Part shown: piece after piece, positions 1 to 60,218 of the stretch | How positions within the stretch are numbered: position 1 is the stretch's first letter | How the letters are laid out: every line of letters starts with the position of its first letter | Origin: Paraspadella gotoi | Taxonomy: Eukaryota; Animalia; Chaetognatha | Assembly (NCBI GenBank): GCA_051294375.1 | Contig: CM119263.1 | Span: 703,756-767,755 of the forward strand | Reading direction: 5' to 3' | DNA: 64,000 nt | Program-made: the position numbers and the translations under genes | Notes under the pieces: model-generated | Told to the model about the DNA's origin: nothing | What the model saw: only the letters and a program-made list of their open reading frames with translations | Databases searched by the model: none

Positions 1-897
1 AGGAGGAGGAAGAGGAGGGGTGGAAGGGCGGAGATGAAAGATGTGAACCCAAAATCGATGAAAAAACTCACAAATATTTAGATCACTGATGTGAGGATTT
101 TTTCATCACCTAATTTAAATTAACTTTTAACCCAGAATTAATTAATTAACTTTTAACAAGAAAAGGTTCGATTTAAAGTATTTAAGTATTTATTTTTTTA
201 CCATTTAACTATTTGTCTTCATTGTCAATAATTAACTCCGCGCCCTCTGTTGTGAATGTTGCAAATCTAACGGCAAGATAACTTATTGATTAAATGAATG
301 AAAAAAATTTTATATTGGTTGTACCAATTTAATAATGGAAGGAAAGATACCAAACTTGAAAGTAAAAAAAAACCGGGAGAATTCTAGATGAGCGATCGAG
401 CGAGAGGGAATTGCTTACGACGTTGGAGAAATAGAGGAAAGGAGGGGAAAAAAAAAGAAAAAAAAAGGAAAATGGAGGAAAAAGGAAAAGAAAAAAAGGA
501 AAATGAAGGAAAAAAGGAAAGGAAAAAAGAAAAAAAGGAAAAAAGGAAAAAGGAAAGAAAAATAAGGACGAAAAAGGAAATGAAAAAAAGAAAAAAGGAA
601 AATGGAGGAAAAAAGAAAAAAAGAGGAAAAAAGGGAAAAAAGGAAAGAAAAAAAGAGAGGAAAAGAGGAAAAAAGGAAGGAAAAATAGAAAAAAGGAAAA
701 GAGAGGAAAAAGGAAAAGAAAAAAGGAAAAGAGAGGAAAAAAGAAGGCCATGGAGGAAATGGAAGGCCGTGTCACAAAAGCCGGAATCCGCGGGGAAAAG
801 AAAAGGTTGAAAATAATGAAGAGAAGAAAGGAGATGTTAAGGAAAAAGGAAAAGTGAAAGGTGAAAGGAAAAGGTTAAAAAGGTTAAGAGAAAAGAA

Positions 898-1160
898 ATG
901 TGTTGCGCTGCGGTAACTTTCTTAGCCCCTGCATTGGAATTACGTCTTTTATTCTTTATAGTTTTAGAATTTCCTGAAGGCGGCGCTAGCAGTCGTTTAG
1001 ATTTGAAGTTTTTTCCTGTTTTAACAAATTAGCAACTAACTATTGGCGAGTTATGAGCATCTTTAAAGTAAATGGCACCGACGGACAGACAAACCAACTG
1101 ACCGACCGACTGACAGACCGACTAAAAAGCTGCTTTGCGAGTACTCGCGGCGCAACAGGA
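898..1160. mobile_element. HINE/DINE-1-like non-autonomous element (copies 3100-3445, 8292-8685)
   Basis: Shared ATGTGTTGCG..AACTTTCTTAGCCC..GAAGGCGGCGCTAGCAGTC..TTTGAAGTTTT blocks followed by a (GACC/GACA)n microsatellite, the layout of Helentron-associated elements. Confidence 0.55.
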
Positions 1161-1935
1161 TAGAAAAAAAAAAGGAAAAATGTTTAATGAATAAAAGATA
1201 TATATAATAGAGATTAATAGAGATGATAAGAGAATAAGATAAATGTAAGTTATTCACGTGGTCATAAGTTTGAAACTTTGAAGTTAGACTGTTGACTCAA
1301 TCACATGACCAAGGTCGAGTGATCACGTGACTCGAAATGAGACTTGTGAGTCAATCACGTGACCTCGAGTTGGTTACACCAGCGCCATTTAGAAATTCAT
1401 CGCCTTCAGAAAAAAAAGAGCAGATTGAGTCGATAAAAAAGAGGAGGAGAAGATGAAGAGGAGAAGGAAGAGGAGAAGAAATAGGAGGAAGAAGAGGAGG
1501 AAAAAAAAGAAGGAGATGAGGAAGAGCAGAAGGATTAGGAGGAAGAGAAGAAGGAAGAGAAAGAGGAAGAGGAAGAGGAATAAGAGGAGGAAGCGGAAAA
1601 GGAATAGGAGGAGGAAGAGGAGGAGGAAAAGAGAAAAAAAAGGAAGAGGAGAAAATTTAAGAGCAGAGAGAGGAAGAGGAGGATGCAGGGGAGAAGGAAT
1701 AGGAGGAAGAAGAGAAAAAGAAGGGGAGAAGAAAGAAAAGGAGGAAGAGATGGAGGAGGAGGAAGAAAATGAGAAAGAGGAGGAAGAAGGAGGAACGGGA
1801 TGAAAAAAAACGAAGTCTTACTGGAAAAGAAAAAAAAGTGAGACAAGTGACGAGGGACGAGTGAACCAGACAGCGCTGGTGAAAATGATGGGAAAAATAC
1901 CAAAAGATATCTCTCTGTCTTTATCTTTCTCTCTG

Positions 1936-1994
<59 letters not shown>

Positions 1995-2509
1995 ACTCTC
2001 TCTTCCCTCTCTCTCTCTCATCTCTCGATCCCCCAGAGCTCATCTCTCTCTCTCTCTCTTGGAACCCTTCTCTGAGTCCCTGTCCTCTCTTTTTCTCTCA
2101 CTATCTCTCCATCTCTCTCTATCTCTATCTCTCCCTGTATTTGACGGATCGAAAAACATTTCCGTCCAATCGATTCTTTACATCAAGAACGACGAGGACG
2201 ACACATAACGTTGACAATTATGAAGACGACGATCCCGAGGAAAAGTTTTAAATTATTATGTCAGATAAGAAAAAGTACGAAGATCAGAATATTAATGACC
2301 ATTGAGAAAACAGAAAGAGAACAAGTTTGAGCAAACAACGTCGAATCTCCCTACGATAATTAAGCGGTAATAAGCTAATCCAATGATATATCTGACTTTC
2401 AATTTGTGATCTTAACAGATCATTACAAATCCTAACATAACAAATCTTTATAAATCTATGAAAAAATTCTATAAATCAATTGATATTTCTATCATTATCA
2501 CTAGCTGCT

Positions 2510-2722
2510 CATAATTTGGTTAACAGGCATAATTTGGTCTACAGGCATAATTTGGTCAACAGGCATATTTTGTACAACTGGCATAATTTGGTCAACTGGC
2601 ATAATTTGGTCAACTTGCTTAATTTGGTCAACTAACATAATTTGGTCAACTGTCATATTTTGGTCAACTGCCATAATTTTATCAACTGGAATAATTTGGT
2701 CTACTTGCAAAATTTGGTCACT
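2510..2722. repeat. 18-bp minisatellite (ATAATTTGGTCAACTGGC) x ~11
   Basis: Direct reading; produces the periodic VDQIMP ORF. Confidence 0.9.
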
Positions 2723-2753
2723 TTGGCATCTGCTCTTAAACAGATCCGACTCA

Positions 2754-2837
<84 letters not shown>

Positions 2838-3667
2838 AGGTAGAAAGGAAGAAATATTAAGATTTCATCGTCTGAAAAGTCATTCGTATCGATTTTTAAC
2901 GAAGGATAAAAAATAATGACGAAGATGTTGACAATAATAATAATAATAAAAAAAAAGATGTTACTTGTTTTATATTTTTATTGTCATCATTGTATTTTAT
3001 TCAAAATTGAATTTTAATACAATACGAGGCTTTTAATAAATAAATATGAAAGATTGAAACATTGACGATGACAAATTTAAAACAAGAACCGTAATTCAAA
3101 TGTGTTGCGCCGCAGTGACTGCCTTATCACGTATATTTCTCGTGACATTTCATGACATTACATAACATGACATGACTGAATGACTACAATAACTTTCTTA
3201 GCCCGTGTATTTATGACAAGCACTGCATCGGAATTTTGTCTTTTTGTATTTTATCTTTTTGAAGGCGGCGCTAGCAGTCCCTTATATTTGAAGTTTTCCC
3301 TTGTCTTAACAAATGAGCAACCAACTATATGCAAGTTATGAGCATTTTTAACGTAAGTGGGACCGACCGATGGACAGACATACCGACCGACAGACCGACG
3401 AACCGACAGACGGACCGAAAAGTGACTTATAGAGTTGCAACTAAGACTTAGCTGCAATAGTAAGATAATTTTAGGTTCGTTGGGTTTGTGTAGAGTTGGG
3501 TGGGACTGGATTTGGTTGGCGAGGCTGGTCTGGTGTAGTTCAGGCTTGGGAGAGTAGATCATAGTGTACGGTAAAGTGGGTCTGACTCTGAGTAGATTTT
3601 TGGTGAAAAAAAGGGACGAATGAGATCGAAGAATCGATTTCGAGAAAAGAGACAGTTTGACGCGACC

Positions 3668-3726
<59 letters not shown>

Positions 3727-4010
3727 ACTAATGACGCGTCAAATGTCAACCGAATTTTGTGCAAAAGGAACAAAGCGACGGAGAAGGGAGAAGAAATAAA
3801 AAATAGGATGAATGTAATATTAATAGTCAACTTATATCATAATATTAATTTCTATTTTTCTAGGAACATTTAAGTCGAATAAAATAAATTCGTACAAAAC
3901 TAAAACATGAAATGATTTAATTTTATTAATAATTTTTTGAAAATTAAAAAGAGATGATTTAAAAATAATTAAATACTAAATAATATTAAACAATTGAATC
4001 ATTGCAATGC

Positions 4011-4094
<84 letters not shown>

Positions 4095-4120
4095 TTCTGT
4101 TTCCCCACTTTTTCCCTAAG

Positions 4121-4211
4121 AACGAATACGAGACGCCCCACGTGTCGCTTTGGCGAAGATAAGCCGCCGACTGTCGCTTCACAATCGTGAAACTTCATTC
4201 CACTTATTCAA

Positions 4212-4242
<31 letters not shown>

Positions 4243-4865
4243 TCTTCTTTTTCTTTCAATGGCTTAATGGTTTAAAAGTCTAAACTACCTTTATTTAGAT
4301 TTTAAAGTTGAAATTATTATGTTGTTAAACAAACGACGCTTTCAGTGTCCAGATCTAGAAAGTTAGTTTAATAATTTTTCGTTTGATTGTAGACATTAAA
4401 AACAACTTTTTCCTAGTCGTAAAAAGACAATTTTACATACATACCAGTAGCAAATATACTTTGGTTTTCTCTAAAGCACCAAATGATCTCCTATGAAAGT
4501 AGACTTTTACAGAGGGCGCGACTGGGCGCGGTCCTAACGACTTCTTTTTCCTTTGTTCCTCTCGACGAAAACGACGAAGGGGTTAAGCGATGCGGGCGTC
4601 AGGACTCGTTCCAAAAAGACCCCACCGTTACCCTTTGGGGCGATATGATCACCCTTTAGGACGATATGATTACCCCTTGGGACGTTAACATTACCCCTTT
4701 TGGCGATATTATTATTCCGCTAGTAAAGAACATTGTCTGGGTGAAGAAAAACCCTACTCATCGGGTCAGAGGGTCACGGGATCGAACCCACGCCACCGCA
4801 ATTTGTTTCTCCTCGTTCCCCGGTCTCACCAGGGATGTCGCTATCGTCGTTTCACGGCGAGAAAG
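4121..4865 (+). CDS. two candidate micro-exons (4121-4186, 4833-4865) of the RasGRF PH2 N-terminal loop
   Basis: Both are AG/GT-bounded and phase 1-1; joined they read ..RIRDAPRVALAKISRRLSLHNRMSLSSFHGEK, reminiscent of KITRGRLGSLSLKKEGE in RasGRF1. They are short and separated from the rest of the gene by an N-gap. Confidence 0.35.
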
Positions 4866-7163
4866 GTAATTCCATTCACGGGTCACTCCCGACTTTCATG
4901 AGGTGACGAATGTTTTCGAATTATGTGTATGGATGAGTTCAAGGTTCGTTTCTCACAACTGGATCTTTTCTTTTTAAGTGAAAATGTCGCCGAGAGAGAG
5001 CAATTGAAATAATTGGCCTTTATGTGGAAGTGGGGCTTAAACACATATAGGTTAGTTTTTAAAAAGAGTTAGATAATAAATTAAATAAAACTGACTGAGA
5101 ATTTTATCAGTGGACGTAAATTGTATGAACTTCGTAATCGAAATAACATTTTGGATTTTTACTTTATGGAGACGATTTGAAATGAGCAACAACTTTTTTG
5201 TAAAGAATTCAAATTCATATATTTAATATTTTGTTATCTTTCTTTCTTTCTTTCTTTTTTTCTTTTTTTTTCTTTCNNNNNNNNNNNNNNNNNNNNNNNN
5301 NNNNNNNNNNNNNNNNNNNNNNNNNNNNNNNNNNNNNNNNNNNNNNNNNNNNNNNNNNNNNNNNNNNNNNNNNNNNNNNNNNNNNNNNNNNNNNNNNNNN
5401 NNNNNNNNNNNNNNNNNNNNNNNNNNNNNNNNNNNNNNNNNNNNNNNNNNNNNNNNNNNNNNNNNNNNNNNNNNNNNNNNNNNNNNNNNNNNNNNNNNNN
5501 NNNNNNNNNNNNNNNNNNNNNNNNNNNNNNNNNNNNNNNNNNNNNNNNNNNNNNNNNNNNNNNNNAAGAATGAAAATCGCCTCTCTATATAAAAGTATTA
5601 GTCTCTTTTTTTTTCGCGGTTCTTCTTATGTGAGATGATCGATTTCGGGCGACGATGTCGGCGAAGGACGGGGAAGGGATTCTGGATTCGGGGGGCGGGG
5701 AGGAAATACGAATCCAGGGGAAAGGGGTTGGGCCAAAAGTAGTTTGGAATATGGATATGTATATACACTGTAGTCTGTATATATAGATTATATATATTAT
5801 ATATTATACAGTATGATTTTTCTCAATTGTAACATTTCCTGTCGCGATATCTGAGAGTCCCTTCGTCCTAGATACTTAAATTATGGTGCATTTTATTGTT
5901 CGCTGTCTGGCATTTTTACATTTTTACATAATTCGAATAAGTCTTTAGTATTAACTTCTAGGCCCCAATGAACTCATCATATTTGTCGATCAACTTTTGA
6001 TTTTTTTACCTTTTATTGTTTCACGTAGTCACAACTCACAACCAATCGAAACTTAGTTATATTTAAAAGGTATGCAAAATATAGCATTTTGCCTACTCTT
6101 CAATGTGGTATAGATTTCATATTCGTTTAACTATAATGATATAATTTTTTTATAAAACACCATCTGATTTTATAATTTTTTTTATTTAAAAAATTCATAG
6201 TTAATATAAAATTCAAAGAATTTTATTTAATGGGTAACATAAAATATTCTAATTTTTATTCTTTAAAACTTGGTACAGCTTTTGTTTTCGTGCATTGAAC
6301 AATAACTAATGCTTAACAACTTTTTAATACCTTTGATTTACATTTTTTAGCTCTCAGTGGTATTTTGATATTTGAATTAACTTAAATTTTATTTCATTTT
6401 GAAGATAAGAAAAAAATTTTTACTTTTACTTTAATTTTAAGTATTTTTAATCATCAGATAAAATTTGAAAATTGTATTGATGAAGTTAATGAAGTTTCAA
6501 ATTTTACAAAATAGACAGTTACTAAATAAAGAAGACTCATTACAAATATGTTGTATTATATATCATATAAAATGCCAAACCGAGACTTTCAAAACCGACT
6601 ATCATTGATTTTTCAATTAAATTTTACGGTTGCATAGATATAGTGCAAAGTTTTGTTATAGTGGTTAGGAAAAAGACGTTTAGCAGGAAAAATAGTCTAG
6701 AAAGTTTAGCAGGGAAGGGGAAGCAAACTTTTGGCAGGGAGAAGGGAAGTGTAATTTAAAAAAGAAAAGGGAAGCAGAATTTTAAAAGGGAAAAAGGAAG
6801 CTGACTTTTGGCAGGAAGAAGGGAAACGGAAACATTAAAGGGAGAAAGCGAAAAGCGAGAAGAAAAAGATGAGGAAATTGACTTGGACATGACATTTCAG
6901 CGCCATGCAATGGGAAGTGTACTATTCTAGCAAAAGCGACTTACCATAAGGAAGAAACTCTTAAGTAGCGAGGCTGCTCCAGAAAAAGTCAGAGGAGCAA
7001 TGAAGAGCAGCTCCTTCGATCCACCCACTTCGCTCCAGAGGCGAACCCAAAGCGTGGAAGCGAAAAAACGATTTCGGGCTCCAGTTTCGAAGCGGGGGCG
7101 AAAAATAGGAGGAAATGAGTTTAGAGAGGGGAGAAGAGAGTGAGTGAAGAAGAGAGAGAGAGA

Positions 7164-7201
<38 letters not shown>

Positions 7202-7260
7202 GGAGAGAGGGAGAGACAGGAAAGAGAGAAGAGGGAAAGGAGAGAGAGAGAGAGAAGAGA

Positions 7261-7293
<33 letters not shown>

Positions 7294-7927
7294 GAGAAGA
7301 GAGAGGAGAGAGAGAAAAGGAGAGAGCGGGGGCGAGAACCAGTTTCGTGAAGGGAAATTGTGGGGTCGAGTGAGGAGGGAGTGAGAAGGAGGGGAGAGGG
7401 GGGCGTATATAAAGGGGGTGGGAAGGGGGGATAGGAGGGGGGTAGGAAGGGGGGGAGAGTGAAAAGGTCTGGGTAAGATGAGTGGAGATGAAAAGAGAGA
7501 AGGTCACGTGGATCCAATGTTTTGATGTTCGCATATTTTCGTTTTTCTGGATGGATGATTGGATGATCTTATGATTAGTTGGGTGATTGGATGGTTTGAT
7601 GATTGGTTTGATGAGCGGATTACTGATTGGACGATTAGATGATTGGATGATTGGATGAATGGATGATTAAAGAATAAAGAGGGGAGAGCATAACGTTCTA
7701 CAAATGAAGATGAAGATGGAATTTAAATGGACAGAGATCAGAGAATGGATGACGAAAGTCGAGAATTATTAAAAAGAGTAAAAGTTAAAGTGAATTTAGA
7801 AAAAACCAGAAAAAAAAAAACAATAGAAACAAAGTAAAAAGGAGAAAAAGGAGAAAAAAGAAGGAAGGGCAGAGAGAGAAAAATGGAAGATGATAGAAAT
7901 GGCTGATTTTAGATACATTTTTGATGC

Positions 7928-7963
<36 letters not shown>

Positions 7964-9262
7964 GTCGGTTTTATCTGCATTTGACAAAAACAAAACGAAA
8001 AAACAAAAAAAATCTCGGAATTTTGATTCGTTTCATCGACGTCGCGGAAAAACCCTCGGAGTTGAAATTGGAGGAAAAAGAGGAAAGGAGGAAAGAAAAA
8101 AGGTGGAAAAAGAGGAATGGAAGAAAAAAGAAAAGAAAAAAGGAGGAAAAAGAGGAATGGAAGAAAAAAGAAAAGAAAAAAGGAGGAAAAAGAGGAATGG
8201 AAGAAAAAAGAAAATCCGTACTTTGGGTTTAGAAACTCATTCAAAGTTCAAGTTTCAGGGAAAAATAGGAAAAAACAAGAAGGGTTATTCCAATGTGTTG
8301 CGGCCCTATGACTTTCTTTCATGTATATTTTAAGGCGATCATTCAACACCGCACTGCATCCAAATATAGTCTTTTATTCTTTTTATGATTTTTTAAAAAA
8401 TAAAAACTTGAAGCAGGCAATTAGATTTGAGGTTTTTTCCGTATAACTATTAGTAAAAAAAAAAAGTGCCACAGAATTCCATTTGTAATAATAATAATTT
8501 GCAATTAGGATTAATATGCTCGTTAAAGGTTTTATCGTACCTCAATTTCGTAATATATATGAACTAAATTCTTAAAATAGTTCCCAAGTGATAAGCAGTG
8601 GGCAAACCAATGGACATAATGACTGATCGACCGACCGACCAACCGACACCCAAGTGTCTTATAGAGTCGCTGCGCGAGTATTCTAAAAGATAGAAGGAAA
8701 GCTTCTTGAGATGGAAAGAAGGACAGTAAGAATGATAGAAAGAAAGCGGGAGACGTGAAGGTTTGGGTGAGTGGTGAGGCAAAGTCTTTCACGGTCTAAT
8801 CCCTCACAGGCGCCCAACGGATATTTTCTTCAGTCGTTTAAACCAATTTTTTTCTACTTTTTTAAAACTTTACTTTTTGAAAAATTACGGGGTTTTTTTT
8901 TTGAATTCGTTATAAAACGAAATCGCAGGACTTAAATAAAAATATAAAGTTGACATTTTTTATTCATAATAGAATCAACCAATCAATCAATCAAACATCC
9001 ATTCATACATACATTCAGTCAGACAGTCAGTCATTTAATCAATCAAACTTGAATTGATAGAAACGAATGTAATTAAACAAATGAAATCGTTTTCCCTAAA
9101 AGAATCGATGGCGGAATGAATGAAAAAAGAAAGACAAAAGAAAGGAGGTAAAAGAAGGAAGGAGAAAAGTAAAAGAAAATAAAAAAGGAGGAAAGAGAAA
9201 AGTAAAAGAAAAGAAAATAGGAGGAAAGAAGAAAGGAAAGAAACAATGGAGGCGACGACTAA

Positions 9263-9295
<33 letters not shown>

Positions 9296-10761
9296 ATTTA
9301 AGAAGAACTCTCAAGTTCAAATCGATGATCCGCAGTGACTTTCTTTTCTTTTAACGTAGTCTTAGTTCAATGATTTTTTATCTTTTTTGCGTTAAAATGT
9401 TTATTCTTTTATTTCGGGGCCGCCCCGCGGAGCCACCCCTCGAGGGCCGCCCCGTTGAGCCACCCCTCGGGGCCGCCCATCCGAGCCACCCCTCGGGGCC
9501 GCCCCTCGGGGGCCGCCCCGTGGAGCCACCCCTCGCACCGCCCCCGGGGAAGACCTTTCTGATTTGATATGATCATGTAACTACAGTACTAAAGTATAAA
9601 AATTAAACATGCAAAACCTGCATCTTTTGGTTTTTCACTCATCGAAAAAATAACAGTGAATTAAAATAAACATGAGCACAAGAAAGAGATAATTTATAAT
9701 TTAATTTTTACATGATTTGAACTTTAACTTTAAAATGGATGATGAAGATAAGGGGCTTCTCTCTCTCTCTCTCTCTCTCTCGCCTTTCTCCGTCTCTTTC
9801 TCTTCTCTCTCTCCCCGCTCTCTCTCCTCCCTCTCTCTCATCTCTCGTCTCTCTCCTTCTCCTCCATTTCTATTTTTTCTCGCAGAACCATATAGCCCAA
9901 CCATCTATCTACTGGTGTCACAGAATATGAGGTAATTGAACCACTGAAAGGAAGACTTGTCACTTTCTTTTACACAATCGAACTATCTCTCTCTCTCTCT
10001 CTCTCTCTCTTCCTCTCCTCTCTCTCTCTCTCTCTCTCTCTCATCTCTTCTCTCTCCTTCTCTCTCTCTCTCTCTCCGGAAAGAAAAAAACTACTTCTCC
10101 GAGACTAAACGAAATTCTTTTTCGGTTTTGATTGAATCAAGTTTTTTTTTCTTGATTTTTCTCTGACGAAAATAGGTTCATTTGAGTTTCTCCTGTTGTG
10201 TGATTTTGAAGTGGCTACCAATGAATTCTGTGTTATTCTTGGCTCATTTTATTCCACTTAAATGACATGAGATTTTTAATTCCACTCAAATAAAATTTAA
10301 TGTAAATCCAGTTTAAAATTACCATCGTTCGCTTTTTATAATTCTCTTTTACATTCCCATTTTCATCTGGCACTATTTTTCGAAATCGCCCCATTTCGGT
10401 TTCTAAATCCTAAAACTTTAAATTTAATCTAAGTATTTTAAATTTTAAATAAAACTTAAATGTTTAATCCTAATCCATAACAATAACTCTTAAATATCTA
10501 ACAAAATTCTTAACCTTAATCCTAATTCCTAACTTTAATCTCTAATCTAATCTTAAATACTAGAATCTTTCATAATTTTGATTCTAAAACTGAAATGGGG
10601 CTCATGGAAAATATGGCATCTTCTTCAATTTTCATCTTTAAGCAAATTCAATTATCCCAGTCTTGCAATCACTTCCCTCCGCTTAACTATTATTTTAATT
10701 TTATTTAGTATATATTTAGTTATTTAAATAATTAACCCCTGTCTCTCCCTTGTATCCACAG

Positions 10762-56531
<45,770 letters not shown>

Positions 56532-57059
56532 CGTAGCGTAATGTTGCCAAGTCGCTACGCCAATCTCGGCTAATTTTGCGGCGCCAATCTAATCCCCAGG
56601 TGGCACCGACGAATCCCCGCCCCCAAAATTTATCCTTCATTATAATTTTTTTTTCTGTTCATTGATGTTAATTGTCAAAAGTTAAAAACGTTAAACTATA
56701 AAATTTTCCTATTTTATTTTATTTTTCAACTTCTAAGTTTGTTTTTTTTCGCCCCGAAAACAATTTTCGAATGTAACCCTCATCTAAAGCCTCTCGCGCG
56801 CTCGCTACTCCCAGCCCCCCCCAACTAAAAAAAAACAACTAAGAAACCGAAAGAAAATAAGTCATTAAGTCTCATTCACATTTGTACCCAGTGATGTGAA
56901 GTTATAGCGTTGAATAAGCAAAAGAAAAAGACAAATAAACAATTAATTTCGAAAACATTCTTAAACATTCTTAAACATTCTTTAACGCGGTCATCGAATT
57001 ACAGATTCTCTACTTTGGTTACAATTCACTGCAACAAATTTCCACACGTCACTCTCTCT

Positions 57060-57107
<48 letters not shown>

Positions 57108-57188
57108 TCTCTCTTCCCTCCCCTATTTTATTATGTAAACGTTTTTTTAATTTCTCAACGTTTGTCTCTCTCTCTCTCTCTCTCCTCT

Positions 57189-57234
<46 letters not shown>

Positions 57235-58348
57235 CTCTCTCCTCTCTACTCTTGCTCTTTCACTCACTCTCTATCTCGTTACAATTTCTTTGTTCCTCTA
57301 CGTGAAATCGTTAAACGTTAAAATAATCCTCCATTTTCGATTTTCAAAGTGACAAAGAGATTTCCCAGGTTCTGAGCTGAAACCGGGAAGTTTCTTTGTT
57401 TTAATAAGAATTTAAAAAAAGACAAATTAAATGTTTAAAATAAGTTTAAAAAATAAAAATTAAAGTTTTCCCTCGACGACTGATGGACAAGTTTTGTCTC
57501 AGTCGAACTCCCACGATTTCACAACGAGGCTTCGAACGTTGCCATATTTATTTATGTTTTGTACACATGACATTTACTAACAGCCCTTGTACGATTCTAC
57601 CTGAAATATAGTTTCAACGTTGATCTTAGAATTGTTTTTCTTTACGATAATAATTGATGAGATAAGTCATTGAAAGGCATCTTGTTAGCCTATCAAATAA
57701 AACGAATCTTTGGGGACAAGCTCGAAAATGGGAGCAATTTTCTGTTCATGGAATTTCTAAAGAATAGATTAGCCCCTAAAACTTAGTTGATTTATGATAC
57801 TATTTATTCAGACATAAAAAAAAAATACGTACGCATATTTGTGGCTTATCATGGACTGGATTTTACTGGCTTCGTACTGTTAGAAAAGCGTTCCCCATGG
57901 ATAGTCGCTATTAAACCGTGAAAGATATTCTTTGACACGGAAGAGGTGAAACCCCGAAAATACTGCTCCCAGCCAGCCAATAGGAATGGATAAGCAAAAG
58001 CGTGACGTCACCAGTGATATCTTAAATAATGAAGATACAGAATAATCGTTATGAATTAAAGTATAAGCGTTTATTAGCACTATGCAGTCCCTCTTAGTAC
58101 GGGATCCGGGTGAAGCACCATGTTACAGGCGGGTTACCTGGTCTGTCCCGCTGTACTGGTTGGGGACCTCTGGGCTTGATCGCCGGTCCTTCAGTTTGGG
58201 AGGCGAACGACTTGCCTCGGATACAAAAGATGGATTTAATTCCGTCATGTCAGTTTCATTTCATTTGCTAAAGTGTCACTTCTTTATTAAATATTAACAA
58301 TTTATTTTCATAATAACATTAAACAATATTGACAGCCGCATATACTGA

Positions 58349-60119
58349 TTAAGCGATTTCCCAGAAATGATGATATGGCGAATACGGTCCTTCCGAGGTG
58401 CCCGTGTATAACATCTTGGAATGCTCCAGACTGAAAATGGAAAATGTTATTGTTGCGTATTTTGTATTTAATGTATTCATTGTATTATTTAGTATTCATT
58501 CGCAGTAGAATTGGCAGATCCTTCACAGTTCGGGCTCACCTGATCTTGGAGAGCTCGGGCAACTTTCCGATGAAACGTGCGAAGGCCGTTCGATCGCTCG
58601 GTCGATATTCCCTCTCGTATTTTTGCAGCAGAAAAGTGTAAAACTCTTGAATGCCTTCGACCTTTCCACTTTCTTTGACACCTTCTCTCGCTTGAAACAA
58701 ATGGAAAAGAGTCTGGTTGTTATTAAGCAAAGCTTGACTTATATTTTCAGTTGATTTTCTATTTATTTATTTACTTTTTCTTTATATTTTCTTTAACAAT
58801 ATGAAGCATCAACTTACTGGTGAACAAGCAAATGCACGTGAGAAGAGCGAACTCAGCATCGTCAGTTTTCATGCTGATCATTTGTTCGCAAAATCGAGAT
58901 GTGGGATCCGAAAACTCATCATGAGGCAAACGCGACGCGCTGCGGAAAAAGTTGTTAACTCATCATATCTTTTTTTTTTGCGGTGAAGGAATTCCGGAAA
59001 CTAATATTTATAAATGGCAATATTAAATTTCAAAGCATAAAGTAAGCAAAATTTTTATTTAGAAAACAAAACCATATATATATTTCAATTCTCACTTGAA
59101 ATTATTACATTTTTTTCCACACTCGATTAATGTCTCAATCACGCTTTTCTCACGCCATATAGTTTTACAAAGTCAAAGCTGCATTAATTTTCTCCCGTTT
59201 TTTTTTTCACAAAATCTTCTCACCTTTTAACGTCGACGCCCGCGGAAGAACCGGCGTTGTTTCGTCGCGCGTCGCGAAGAATCATCAACTCCGGAGAACA
59301 ACCCTGGAAATGAGAACAAAGTCGACGACCGGGTGAGAGACCGGCGCCGAGGAAAGGGCGGCGTCGGCTTTGACGGCGTTGTCGGCGGCGGACGACGACC
59401 CAAACTACCATCAACCACCGGCGACGACGACGACGCCGCAAAACGGCGCCGGCCGACGCCGCCCCTTTCCGATGCCGATGACCGAAACCGGACGAAAGAA
59501 TCGACAAAAGAAAATCTAGATTAACGAGATTCTGAAGAGAAAAAATGGGGAAGAGAAAAACAAAAGGGGATCGAGATGAAGAGGGATCGTAAACAACGTC
59601 GATTTAAAAACAGTAAACAACAAATTGTTTTTTACTGTAGTAACCGGGAATCAATTTATTTATTTCTCATTTATTTTTTTTATTTATTCATTGATTGATT
59701 GATTGATTAATTAATATTAATTAATTAATTAAAATTAATTAATTAATTAATATTTATTAATTAATTAAAATTAATTAAAATTAATTAATTAAAATTAATT
59801 AATTAAAATTAATTAAAATTAATTAAAATTAATTAAAATTAATTAATTAAAATTAATTAAAATTAATTAATTAATTAATTAATATTTATTAATTAATTAA
59901 AATTAATTAAAATTAATTAATTAAAATTAATTAAAATTAATTAATTAAAATTAATTAAAATTAATTAATTAAAATTAATTAAAATTAATTAATTAAAATT
60001 AATTAATATTATTTAATTAATTAAAATTAATTAACATTAATTAATTAATTAAAATTAAATAATATTAATTAATTAATATTAATTTATTTATTTATTTATT
60101 TATTTATTTTTTTATTTTT

Positions 60120-60218
<99 letters not shown>

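Noticed and set aside
9886-9931. AG/GT-bounded 46-nt candidate exon
   Set aside because: The only open frame shows no RasGRF similarity and its phase does not fit the next exon; left unassigned.
329-10166. Many ORFs rich in F/S/L or R/E/K
   Set aside because: Translations of polypurine and (GA)n microsatellite tracts; no domain signal or splice context.
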